This document shows positions 1 through 8,588 of a DNA stretch of 44,032 bases, piece after piece. Each line of letters begins with the position of its first letter. Position 1 is the stretch's first letter. The position numbers were made by a program, and so were the translations under genes. Origin of the DNA: Fibrobacteria bacterium (GTDB lineage Bacteria; Fibrobacterota; Chitinivibrionia; Chitinivibrionales; FEN-1185); contig JBBIGR010000043.1 in NCBI GenBank assembly GCA_037447435.1, positions 1 through 44,032 of the forward strand, in the 5' to 3' direction. Below the pieces are notes generated by a model. The model ran no database searches. It was not told where the DNA came from and saw only the letters and a program-made list of their open reading frames with translations.

Positions 1-23
1 ACTGTGAGTTAAGCCTCACAAAA

Positions 24-50
24 TGTGTCTCATTTTTATTGACAGGTTCC
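24..50. mobile_element. Possible IS3-family terminal inverted repeat (element would lie left of the window)
   Basis: TGTGTCTCATTTTTATTGACAGGTTCC resembles IS3/IS150-type ends from memory; no transposase visible to confirm. Confidence 0.3.
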
Positions 51-144
51 GCATGACGGAGCTTAGCAAATGACACGCTGACTTCAAATGCTGGCAATTT
101 GCCGAAGGCCAAGAGCGGCTTTGCGCGCGCTTCCATCTTTGGTA

Positions 145-975
145 TTATAGGTCCAGCGCTTTCATTAATAAATCAGAATCGACAGATGTTAGAATATCTA
201 ACATTAAGTCATAGCTATATTTTCCACAATACCAAGCACCAGCATTAAAATCTGACGGTTTTATGTTAGTCTTTGAGCATAGCTTTAGTATTTTTAATCG
301 TATGGTTTTTTTATCATCGGTTTCATCGGCGACTCCGATAGATTTGCATATTTGTTCAACCCATGTATCAATTGGAAAAACGCATTCGCTTTCTTTGACA
401 AGTTCATCTAAATTATAAAGCATACACGTATCACGTAAATAGAAAGAAGCCGTTTTTTCACCGACTTGATAAATTGAGTCAATTTCATTGAAATGCTCTT
501 CAATCTGTCCTGTTTTGATTTTTTGTATTGTATACGGAATTATGTTATGGTCAGGAATACCATAAATAAATCTTAAGGCATCAAGAACCATGAGTTGATC
601 ACGTTGTTTGCCAGCCCTGTATTCTGCAAGTTGTTCCCAAATTTGATTTTCCTTATGCATATAATCCTTCTCATCCCAAACTGGGGCGTGCGGAATCCAA
701 TTATTCTTCCATGCCTTTTCGAGTTTAAAATTAATGTCTTCTTGATCTTTCCTAAAATAGCTTGAAAGTGCTTTGACTGCCGCTTTCCAGTATCGTGTCG
801 AAAGCGTATCATTACGTCCTTGCGCATAAATATGCAATAAGAAAAAGTCAAAGGAATCCAACCAAGAAGTCATATGTTTTTTAAGGGAATTCTTCCAGAC
901 TGATAGATATTCATCCTTATATTTCTTTGCAAAACCAGCTATTAAAGTTACAGATTTCATTTTATTCTTGTCCAT
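145..975 (-). CDS. HhH-GPD-like DNA glycosylase/DNA-binding protein
   Basis: HhH motif IYQVGEKTASFYL followed by FPIDTWV; RBS AAGGAGG upstream; AT-rich. Confidence 0.65.
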   Translation of the reverse strand: MDKNKMKSVTLIAGFAKKYKDEYLSVWKNSLKKHMTSWLDSFDFFLLHIYAQGRNDTLSTRYWKAAVKALSSYFRKDQEDINFKLEKAWKNNWIPHAPVWDEKDYMHKENQIWEQLAEYRAGKQRDQLMVLDALRFIYGIPDHNIIPYTIQKIKTGQIEEHFNEIDSIYQVGEKTASFYLRDTCMLYNLDELVKESECVFPIDTWVEQICKSIGVADETDDKKTIRLKILKLCSKTNIKPSDFNAGAWYCGKYSYDLMLDILTSVDSDLLMKALDL

Positions 976-1695
976 AGAAATCCTCCTTTAAATTGATTTT
1001 ATCCGCGCGCGCTGCCTTTAAAGACCGGGTGAAATTACACCAACTACCCGCAGAATATCCTTCCAATAAATCTACAAAAATAAGCAAACAGTTTATCCTG
1101 CATATTTTTAATTTTTAAGGTCTCAATGAGCTATTGGGCTTTGGATCCGGCGTATTGCTAACTCCACGCACTCCGCAGCGGGAAAGTCCGTTGCGAAATA
1201 GGGAGAGATATCTTTCGGCAACAAGGATTCGGTCTCATCAATATAGTATTCGCAAAGCGCGATACAAAAAGTTGCACGGCTTTCCGAAACTTGGCCGATT
1301 GTATAAGGGGAATCGTACGAAATGAGGGTGCCCCACAGGATTTGCAATAACTTTTGTGCGCAAAATCGCATAAAAAACTTTTTGAGGCCTAAAAACGCAG
1401 CATAAATCACTAAAACAAATTTGTTTTGTCTTTTTTTTGCGAAAAATTTTCCATATGCAAGAATGGTTTGGCAAATAATGTCCCAATTTTATCGTCTGTA
1501 AGAATTTTCTGCGTAAAATCGTACGGTTTTCGCGAACCCAATATTGTTTTGCATAAAACCGTCATAGATTTCGCGTCCGCAAAATCGGTTTCGTGTTTTA
1601 TTGCGCGAATTTTATCGATAACAATAATGCGGAGCCGTTTCGTGCGGAAAACCGGGCGCATAAAGTTATGCGTTGTCAAATACGGCAGGAGAAAA

Positions 1696-1712
1696 CCTAT
1701 TGCGACAATAGG
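1696..1712 (-). terminator. Hairpin downstream of the 1726-2169 gene
   Basis: CCTATTG-CGA-CAATAGG stem followed by TTTT on the minus strand. Confidence 0.45.
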
Positions 1713-1725
1713 GATGTTATTTAGC

Positions 1726-2169
1726 TTACCTGATTTCCAGCACGTCCCTGGCCGTTTGCGGGTCGATGCGGAACGGGCTTCCGATTCCCTGGAAAAAGCC
1801 GTATTTTTCGATGAGGTGAATTGACAAAGGGGTGATACGGACGCTGGAGCCGTTTTCGGCGGAGACCAAAACTTCGCCTTTTTGAAACGTTCCGTCGTCG
1901 CTGATGGGCGAGGGTATGCGGCCCCGCGTTTCGTGGAGAACCGCAGTCGCACCGCAGGACAGTTTGACCGGATTGCCCAACGCGCGTTCCGCAATCACAT
2001 ACGCGTTCCGCAACGCTGCGGCGAATTTCTTTTTATCAATCCCAAGCGTTCGGAGCGTTGTTTCGTCGGCCTTGATGATATCTTCGGCAGTACGGGAATC
2101 GGTACCCAAATATCCGTCTTTTGAAAAAATGGACGGGCCAAACGCCTGATTGAAATTTTCATTCGTCAT
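1726..2169 (-). CDS. Conserved hypothetical protein (147 aa, start at MTNENF)
   Basis: Protein-like ORF (GYLGTDSR, RGRIPSP, YGFFQGIGSPFRIDP) 17 bp after the oxidoreductase stop. Confidence 0.7.
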   Translation of the reverse strand: MTNENFNQAFGPSIFSKDGYLGTDSRTAEDIIKADETTLRTLGIDKKKFAAALRNAYVIAERALGNPVKLSCGATAVLHETRGRIPSPISDDGTFQKGEVLVSAENGSSVRITPLSIHLIEKYGFFQGIGSPFRIDPQTARDVLEIR

Positions 2170-2186
2170 ACTCGTGTCGTTGCCTT

Positions 2187-3212
2187 CTACGAAAATTTGT
2201 CGTAAAAAATATTTTGTACCGGCATACCGCAATCCGTCAGGACTTTTATGCAGGCATTTATCATTCCCGGCGACCCGCACAAATACGCTTCGTAATCTTT
2301 GCAATTTGGAATATTCCTGCAAACAACGTCGGTAATAAGGCCGCGTTCGCCTTTCCAATCGCTGCCGGCGGGCTCGTTCGAAAGCGCGGGAATGAATTTA
2401 AAACAGGAACAATCTTTTTCCATTGCGGATAATTGATTAACATGAAAAAGATCGCGTTGGGTTTGGGCGCCGAAAAAATAACATGAATTACGCATCTGCT
2501 TTTTTTCGTACAGGTCCTGCAGAATGCTGAATATAGGCGCCATGCCGCTGCCGCCGGCGATAAGAAGCATCGGCGTTTTCACGTTATTCGATGCGCGGAA
2601 TTCGCCGTAGGGACCGGTGAAGGAAATCGAGTCGCCGATTTTAAGCACATCGAACGCCCACGGCGTGAATATGCCGTTTGGAATTTTGCGAATCATCAAT
2701 TCGATTTGCGTTTTATTTGACGGCGACGACGCGATTGAAAAATCCCTGAGTACCGGATCTTTGCCGTTGTAGGCCGCGCTTTTTAATTGGACATATTGTC
2801 CGGCAATAAAATCTATGGTTTGCGGAGAAACAAGATCTATGGTCAAATGAAGGATGTCGTAGGTTAACAGGCTTTTTTTTGCGATTTTTCCGGAAAACCG
2901 CTTTACTGAAAACAAATGTTGGGGGATTTCTATTGCACAATCCGCCTGTACCTTAAACTGGCAGCCGAGGCGGAAATTGGCGTCCTTTTCTTCCTGCGAA
3001 ATCAACGGTTCTTCCGGAGGGGTAAGTCCGCCGTTGCCTTGCACAACTTTAACTTTGCAGTATCCGCAACGTGCATTACCGCCGCAAGCCGAAGGGATGA
3101 AAATGCCGTTTCGGGCCAACCCGGCAAGCAATGATGCTCCCTGGCGGATTTGTACTTTTTTAAAATCGTTATTTATTGAAACCGTATATGAAGGACTTTG
3201 TGTTTGATCCAT
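2187..3212 (-). CDS. 2Fe-2S/FAD/NAD(P)-binding oxidoreductase (NqrF/phenol hydroxylase reductase-like)
   Basis: CGGNARCGYC...C ferredoxin domain, RDFSIAS FAD motif, GPYG, IAGGSGMAP, YLCGSPGM, terminal YDKF. Confidence 0.9.
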   Translation of the reverse strand: MDQTQSPSYTVSINNDFKKVQIRQGASLLAGLARNGIFIPSACGGNARCGYCKVKVVQGNGGLTPPEEPLISQEEKDANFRLGCQFKVQADCAIEIPQHLFSVKRFSGKIAKKSLLTYDILHLTIDLVSPQTIDFIAGQYVQLKSAAYNGKDPVLRDFSIASSPSNKTQIELMIRKIPNGIFTPWAFDVLKIGDSISFTGPYGEFRASNNVKTPMLLIAGGSGMAPIFSILQDLYEKKQMRNSCYFFGAQTQRDLFHVNQLSAMEKDCSCFKFIPALSNEPAGSDWKGERGLITDVVCRNIPNCKDYEAYLCGSPGMINACIKVLTDCGMPVQNIFYDKFS

Positions 3213-3508
3213 GTAACTCTTTCTGATCTGTTGCTTCCCCCGAGGTTTTGCTTTGGAGGACATGCCACAACTGGATAGTTTTAGCTGCGATCATATCTAC
3301 GCAAAATGCGTAGACCGTTTCCATATAGATACTAATAATATAACTCACTAAGACGTATTAAATTAATGATGTACAGTGAAAGGATACAATTATACAAAAA
3401 AATGTATAAAATCCATTTGGCGCCATTACAACAAATAAAGGTTCTTATTTACGAAACGCTTTGGCAGGTTATTGAAAACATGTATTTTCCTTATGGAGCG
3501 AATAAACC

Positions 3509-4312
3509 GTGTTTTTCGAATTAAACCAATACATTACCGAGGTTTTTAACGAGTACCATAAACCCGGTTACATGGCTCTTGACCCATTGGAATTCGTGCA
3601 TGGGCTCAAAGGACTGGGAAATCGCGAAGTCGGCGGATTGCTATGTTCGGCATTGGCGTACGGTCGCGTTGAACAGATACGGAAAAGCATTGCCTCTGTT
3701 TTTGACATAACGGGAAAGAATGTGCTTCGGTACAGCGTCGAGGTACCGTATAAAGACAAAAAGCATGATTTTTCGACTTTTAAGCATCGGTTTAATTCGG
3801 GGTTGGATATAGCATTGTTACTGGATTGTGCCGGAACAATGATTTGCAGATTCGGATCGCTGGAACGATTGTTTACGCAAGGTCATCGCCGCGACCACGG
3901 TTCGATAAAACCGGCGCTCGAAGCGTTTTGCACGGAAATGATCTCGTTGGCAAATAAAAAAGAAAAGGGCGATATCGCGACGTTCGGTTTTCTTTTTCCA
4001 TTGCCCAGTTGCGGCAGCGCGTGTAAACGATTGAATATGTTTTTGCGATGGATGGTCAGGAAAAGCGACGGTATCGACCTTGGCTTGTGGAAATCGGTTT
4101 CACCGGAAGCGCTCATAATGCCTGTTGATACGCATATTGCGAAAATCGCCCGGCACTATAAAATGACAAAACGAAAAACTGCCGATTGGGCAATGGCCGA
4201 GGAAATAACCGGTGAATTGAAGAGTATCGATGTTCACGATCCCGTACGGTTCGATTTTTCTTTATGCCGGGCCGGGATGGTGGATTTTAGGGACATACAG
4301 AGGACGGCTTGA
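3509..4312 (+). CDS. TIGR02757/DUF2400 family protein
   Basis: DPLEFVH, LAYGRV, SACKRLNMFLRWMVR, DLGLW, PVDTHI, DPVRFDFSL motifs. Confidence 0.9.
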   Translation: MFFELNQYITEVFNEYHKPGYMALDPLEFVHGLKGLGNREVGGLLCSALAYGRVEQIRKSIASVFDITGKNVLRYSVEVPYKDKKHDFSTFKHRFNSGLDIALLLDCAGTMICRFGSLERLFTQGHRRDHGSIKPALEAFCTEMISLANKKEKGDIATFGFLFPLPSCGSACKRLNMFLRWMVRKSDGIDLGLWKSVSPEALIMPVDTHIAKIARHYKMTKRKTADWAMAEEITGELKSIDVHDPVRFDFSLCRAGMVDFRDIQRTA

Positions 4313-4317
4313 TTACC

Positions 4318-5976
4318 ATGATGGAATTTGAAGGTCTTGCAATCAACTCGGGTCGCGTTTTGGCGCCTGCATGCCTGTATTCGTCTAACCTGCATAAATC
4401 GGTTGATGAATACGATATCGGCGAGTATGAAATCGACGATGAATTGCTCAGGTTTGAAAATGCCTTAAAGGAAAGTTCGTTTGACCTGGAGAACATTTCC
4501 TTACGCGTTGCCGAGCATGTCGGATCCGTCGAATCCGAGATCTTTTTGGCGCAAAAGCATATCATGAACGATGCGGCAATCATTCGGCAAATCAAGGAAA
4601 TCGTCCGTGATACCAGAAAAAACGTCGAGGCCGTGATATTCGAGGTATATCGCAATTATGAGGAAAAGTTCAGGAGTATGGACAATAAATATCTCCGGGA
4701 ACGCGTTTCAGATATTACCGAAATTCGCAGAAGGCTGCTTGATAATCTTAAAAAATCAAAACCGGCGTTTTTCTGCGAAGGCCAGCGTCATTGTCAACGC
4801 GGTGCGGGGAGAATCATCGTTGCCGAGGAATTTACCGCAGACATGATGGCGCATATGAATTTTGAACGCGTGCGCGGTTTTGCCACCGAGCACGGCGGTA
4901 TTTCGTCGCATGCGGCGATCATTGCCCGATCCCTGGGAATTCCTGCAGTCACCGGTATAAAAAACATCACCGAATTTGCCAAATGCGGTCAGCGCGTACT
5001 TGTCGACGGCGACAGAGGCCGGGTATATTTGGATCCGACCGAGGCCGTGGTTGAAAAGGTGATTTCGGTCGTTGAAGTGCAGGCAACCCGGAAAATCATC
5101 ATCGCGACGCCCAAAGGCATGGAAGTATTGGCAAATGCGAGCATGATTGAAGATGTCAAGTTGGCGCGAACGCTGAATGCCGACGGCATCGGACTGTACC
5201 GGACGGAAATCGATTTCATCATGGCCGACCGGTTGCTTTCGGAAGAAGAACAATACGATAAATACAAAGCGGTTTCCGACGAAATGGGCGATCGGGTGGT
5301 GACATTCCGGTTGCTGGACGTCGGCGGCGATAAACCGTTGCCGTTTTTACGCATTCAAAAGGAATCGAACCCGTATTTAGGCTGGCGCGGCGCGCGCTTT
5401 TTACTGGGTAATCCCGATATTTTCGGCATGCAGATCAATGCCTTGGCAAAAGTGACAAAGCATAAAAAAATCAAAATTATGGTGCCCATGGTTATCGACG
5501 ACAAGCAGTACGGCATGGTTGTGGACGCCATACGTGAAGTCGGCATGTCGATGGATATAGTGCCGGAGAACCTGACCATCGGAGCGATGTTCGAGGTTCC
5601 CAGCGCCTGCATTCAGGCTAAAAAGATCATGAAAATGGCGGACTTCGGCAGCATCGGCTCGAACGATTTGATACAGTATTTATTTGCCGTTGACAGAAAC
5701 AACGAACAGGTTTCGGCGGATTATAATCCGGAACATCCGATTTTATGGGACATTTTGGATTCGCTGGCCGAGGCGGCGCGCCTGCATAAAAAGCCGTTGT
5801 CGATTTGCGGTGAAATGGCGGGGCGCGAAGGCATGGTTGACAGATTATTGGAAACCGGCATCACGTCGCTCAGCGTTTCCCCGCGGTTGATTCCGCAGGT
5901 GCGGCACGAAATGGCGATGCATGTCGAACGTTTGGAAGCAGTGAAGGAAAATGTGGCAATTTCCTCTTTGTCGTAA
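4318..5976 (+). CDS. ptsP: Phosphoenolpyruvate-protein phosphotransferase (PTS enzyme I)
   Basis: Phospho-His motif TEHGGISSHAAIIARSLGIP; GIGLYRTE, DVGGDK, ESNPYLGWRG, SIGSNDLIQY, ICGEMAG. Confidence 0.92.
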   Translation: MMEFEGLAINSGRVLAPACLYSSNLHKSVDEYDIGEYEIDDELLRFENALKESSFDLENISLRVAEHVGSVESEIFLAQKHIMNDAAIIRQIKEIVRDTRKNVEAVIFEVYRNYEEKFRSMDNKYLRERVSDITEIRRRLLDNLKKSKPAFFCEGQRHCQRGAGRIIVAEEFTADMMAHMNFERVRGFATEHGGISSHAAIIARSLGIPAVTGIKNITEFAKCGQRVLVDGDRGRVYLDPTEAVVEKVISVVEVQATRKIIIATPKGMEVLANASMIEDVKLARTLNADGIGLYRTEIDFIMADRLLSEEEQYDKYKAVSDEMGDRVVTFRLLDVGGDKPLPFLRIQKESNPYLGWRGARFLLGNPDIFGMQINALAKVTKHKKIKIMVPMVIDDKQYGMVVDAIREVGMSMDIVPENLTIGAMFEVPSACIQAKKIMKMADFGSIGSNDLIQYLFAVDRNNEQVSADYNPEHPILWDILDSLAEAARLHKKPLSICGEMAGREGMVDRLLETGITSLSVSPRLIPQVRHEMAMHVERLEAVKENVAISSLS

Positions 5977-6024
5977 CACCCTATACACGTGCGAGAAAAA
6001 TCGTATCTAAGGAGCCTCCCGATT

Positions 6025-7248
6025 ATGAAGGTAGAGAAAAAACTTGCTTTTTTTATTATGTTGTTTGCCTCGTTTCAGGCAATCGCACAAAGCAATAGCC
6101 GCATAAGCGAGCTGATCGATCAAATCCGTAAGGGGCCGTCGTTGTACCGCACCGACGAAGCGGTTCTTGCCAGCGGCACGATTAATCCTTCGGGCAGCGT
6201 TCATGCGGCAAGCGGACCGGAATCAAAGGCCGCGATAAAGCAGAGTATCCGGGCTGCCGTGTTGCTCGGCGATATGGGAAACGACGCCAAGGAAGCGGTT
6301 GCAACGCTCATCGAGATGTTTCCGGTTGCCGAACATGTCGCTGTTATCAATAACGCGCAATACGGCCCGGGCATGGGCAGTTTTGAAGATTGGGTACAAA
6401 CCTATGTCGTGAGCCAGAAAAACAAATTCATTTTGGAGGCCCCGTTTATCGAATACAATACGTTGACTCGTTGCGAGAAATGGGTTGAGGCTTCGGCGTC
6501 GACGACCGTTAAGCAGCAACGGAAAGTGGGGACGCGCATAGTCGAGGCGCAAGTTGACATATATGTTACCCTTCGCATCAATGCCGCGGCATGCGCTTTG
6601 TCGCGGATTACCGGGTACGACGTCGGCAACACGCGCGAATCGTGGCGGGATTGGTATGACCGCAACGGCGCATTGAACGGGTATGTTTCATCGACCCCGG
6701 CGCCTGCGGCTTCGGAACCCCTGAAATCGCAAACGCAGGTTGAAAGCGCTTTTCCGGTTGTCGATTATACCACGGGTTTGCGATATCAAATTACATTGAC
6801 GACGGGGGATGTCGTCGTGGGTATCGTCGATGCCGTTGATGACAATTCGGTCACCATTAAAATCGATGACGGCGGAAGGTATAATTACCAGAAAAGTTTC
6901 ATTCGCAACAGGACATTGCTGTCCGTCGTTTCTCCTGCAACGACTGTTTCCCGGCAGGATGCGAGCGCACGGGCGCAATCGCAAACCTCGGACGGATCAA
7001 TACCCTATGAAAAACTGCTTGACATGTCGTATTCAGGAAAAACCATGGAAGTGACGATCAAAAACGGTTCGAAATTTATCGGAACATTGGGTGTGGTTGA
7101 CGTTTCTATTTTACGCATTAACGTTGAGGGAACCGAAATGCCGATATCCCGAAGCGTTATTTCCCGTATAGCTCCGGCTGCCGAAAAGGCACCGCAACCG
7201 AAAGGTCAGGATTCCACAGCTTCTACCGCAACGCCATCGTATTGGTAA
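6025..7248 (+). CDS. Secreted hypothetical protein with HEAT-like segment and two Sm-like beta domains
   Basis: RBS AAGGAG then ATG at 6025; signal peptide ending AIA-Q; two repeats of IxLxxGxxxxGxxxxVD. Confidence 0.6.
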   Translation: MKVEKKLAFFIMLFASFQAIAQSNSRISELIDQIRKGPSLYRTDEAVLASGTINPSGSVHAASGPESKAAIKQSIRAAVLLGDMGNDAKEAVATLIEMFPVAEHVAVINNAQYGPGMGSFEDWVQTYVVSQKNKFILEAPFIEYNTLTRCEKWVEASASTTVKQQRKVGTRIVEAQVDIYVTLRINAAACALSRITGYDVGNTRESWRDWYDRNGALNGYVSSTPAPAASEPLKSQTQVESAFPVVDYTTGLRYQITLTTGDVVVGIVDAVDDNSVTIKIDDGGRYNYQKSFIRNRTLLSVVSPATTVSRQDASARAQSQTSDGSIPYEKLLDMSYSGKTMEVTIKNGSKFIGTLGVVDVSILRINVEGTEMPISRSVISRIAPAAEKAPQPKGQDSTASTATPSYW

Positions 7249-7250
7249 GG

Positions 7251-7275
7251 GAGACGTAGCGCGCTACGTCTCTAC
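7251..7275 (-). repeat. GTAG-type REP-like palindrome
   Basis: Minus strand GTAGAGACGTAGCGCGCTACGTCTC, perfect palindrome right after a stop codon. Confidence 0.7.
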
Positions 7276-7308
7276 CACGGTTTCTATGACGGTTCTTTCG
7301 GGCGATGA

Positions 7309-7348
7309 ACAAAACTGTTTCATTTATACCGGTTCGACACAAAATTGT
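7309..7348. promoter_or_regulatory. Tandem ACA-N4-TGT candidate enhancer boxes
   Basis: ACAAAACTGT 7309-7318 and ACAAAATTGT 7339-7348. Confidence 0.6.
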
Positions 7349-7415
7349 ATCGGTTTTTTAAGCTCTGTTTTTACCCTTGCATCTTTTCCCGTCGGCAATG
7401 AACAAAGTATATTTA

Positions 7416-7431
7416 TGGTTCGATAATTGCT
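7416..7431 (+). promoter_or_regulatory. sigma54 (-24/-12) promoter for the P-II pair
   Basis: TGGTTCGATAATTGCT, GG-N10-GC. Confidence 0.65.
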
Positions 7432-7492
7432 TCTATTGCATAGATTGTTTCCATGTCATAAACCTCTCACTATGATCGCGCACAAAATCGCC

Positions 7493-7801
7493 ATGAAAAT
7501 GATTACCGCCATAGTTCGGTCCCAAAAATTACAGGACATTCAAACATTGTTGGTAACCGAGGGTATCGAGCGCTTTACCGTTGCTACCGTTATGGGATGC
7601 GGCAGCCAATGCGGATATTCGGAAGGCGGGAAGAAATCGGCGATTGAAGTGAATTTGCTTAAAAAAATCAAATTCGAAATCGAGGTTCCGGCAGATAAAG
7701 TGGGAGGGTTGGTCGATAAGATCATGACCCTGTGCCGTACGCCGCGTTTTGGGGACGGAAAGATTTTTGTCATGAATATTCCCGAATGTTTCGGAATGTA
7801 A
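7493..7801 (+). CDS. P-II family protein, divergent (no Tyr51, short C-terminus)
   Basis: MKMITAIVR, GCGSQ, LLKKIKFEI, TPRFGDGKIF. Confidence 0.85.
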   Translation: MKMITAIVRSQKLQDIQTLLVTEGIERFTVATVMGCGSQCGYSEGGKKSAIEVNLLKKIKFEIEVPADKVGGLVDKIMTLCRTPRFGDGKIFVMNIPECFGM

Positions 7802-7815
7802 GGATATAAAAAACA

Positions 7816-8154
7816 ATGAAAATGATCCACGCGATAATCCAGCCGTCGAAGCTTTCGGATGTCAAGCAAGCCCTGTTCGACGCGGGGCTCGGGAAAATGA
7901 CCGTGTATAGTGTCAATGGCTCCAGCCAATTGACTCATTACCCCGACGTGCATCGCGCCAACGATTATGAGCCGAATTTGATGTCCAAGGTGAAAATGGA
8001 AATTGCCGTAAACGATAAACAGGTCAAGAAAGTCGTGGAAGTCATTGCAAAAGCCGCAAAAAACGTTTTCAACGGCAATGGAAAGATTTTTGTTTACGAT
8101 ATCGAACAATGTTACAGGATCAGGACCGGAGAACAAGGCCCGCAGGCGATATAA
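7816..8154 (+). CDS. P-II family protein, divergent T- and B-loops
   Basis: MKMIHAIIQPSKL, KVKMEIAV, GNGKIFV, RIRTGE. Confidence 0.88.
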   Translation: MKMIHAIIQPSKLSDVKQALFDAGLGKMTVYSVNGSSQLTHYPDVHRANDYEPNLMSKVKMEIAVNDKQVKKVVEVIAKAAKNVFNGNGKIFVYDIEQCYRIRTGEQGPQAI

Positions 8155-8156
8155 CC

Positions 8157-8588
8157 GTGAATACCGCCGCAGAAGACGTTACACTTCAATTTTTGGAAAT
8201 GAAGCCCGGGGACAGGGAAAAGGGACATGTTCCGTACTTCAAATTCAAAATCGTGTTAGGCAATTCCGTTGACGTCGGGTATATAAATTTTCGCATCGGC
8301 GATACGGACCATATAAAATATTATGCCGGTCACATCGGCTATGAAATCAATGAAGCGCACAGGGGGCATTCCTATTCTTATTATGCATGCATTGCCCTGG
8401 CTCCGATTATTCGGCCGATTTACAATTCGGTTTTAATAACCTCGGACCCTGAAAACCGCGCATCCATCAGAATCATTGAAAAACTCGGCTGCGAATTCAT
8501 TGACGAAATAAATATCGATAAAAATGAAATCGGCTATCAAAACGGCGAAAGACGAAAAAAACGCTATCGCTGGTTTCCGCCCGATTAG
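8157..8588 (+). CDS. GNAT family N-acetyltransferase
   Basis: GHIGYEI..HRG, N.ASIRIIEKLG; start taken at GTG 8157. Confidence 0.8.
   Translation: MNTAAEDVTLQFLEMKPGDREKGHVPYFKFKIVLGNSVDVGYINFRIGDTDHIKYYAGHIGYEINEAHRGHSYSYYACIALAPIIRPIYNSVLITSDPENRASIRIIEKLGCEFIDEINIDKNEIGYQNGERRKKRYRWFPPD

Noticed and set aside
1123..1410. 95-aa minus-strand ORF
   Set aside because: No recognisable motif or RBS; may be a gene fragment but cannot be supported
1340..1690. Degenerate TTTT-GCG-AAAA-like repeats, considered as CRISPR or tandem repeat
   Set aside because: No constant repeat length or unique spacers; too degenerate
3383..3408. TATACA-N6-TGTATA palindrome as another enhancer box
   Set aside because: Spacing differs (N6) and no GG-N10-GC promoter was found nearby
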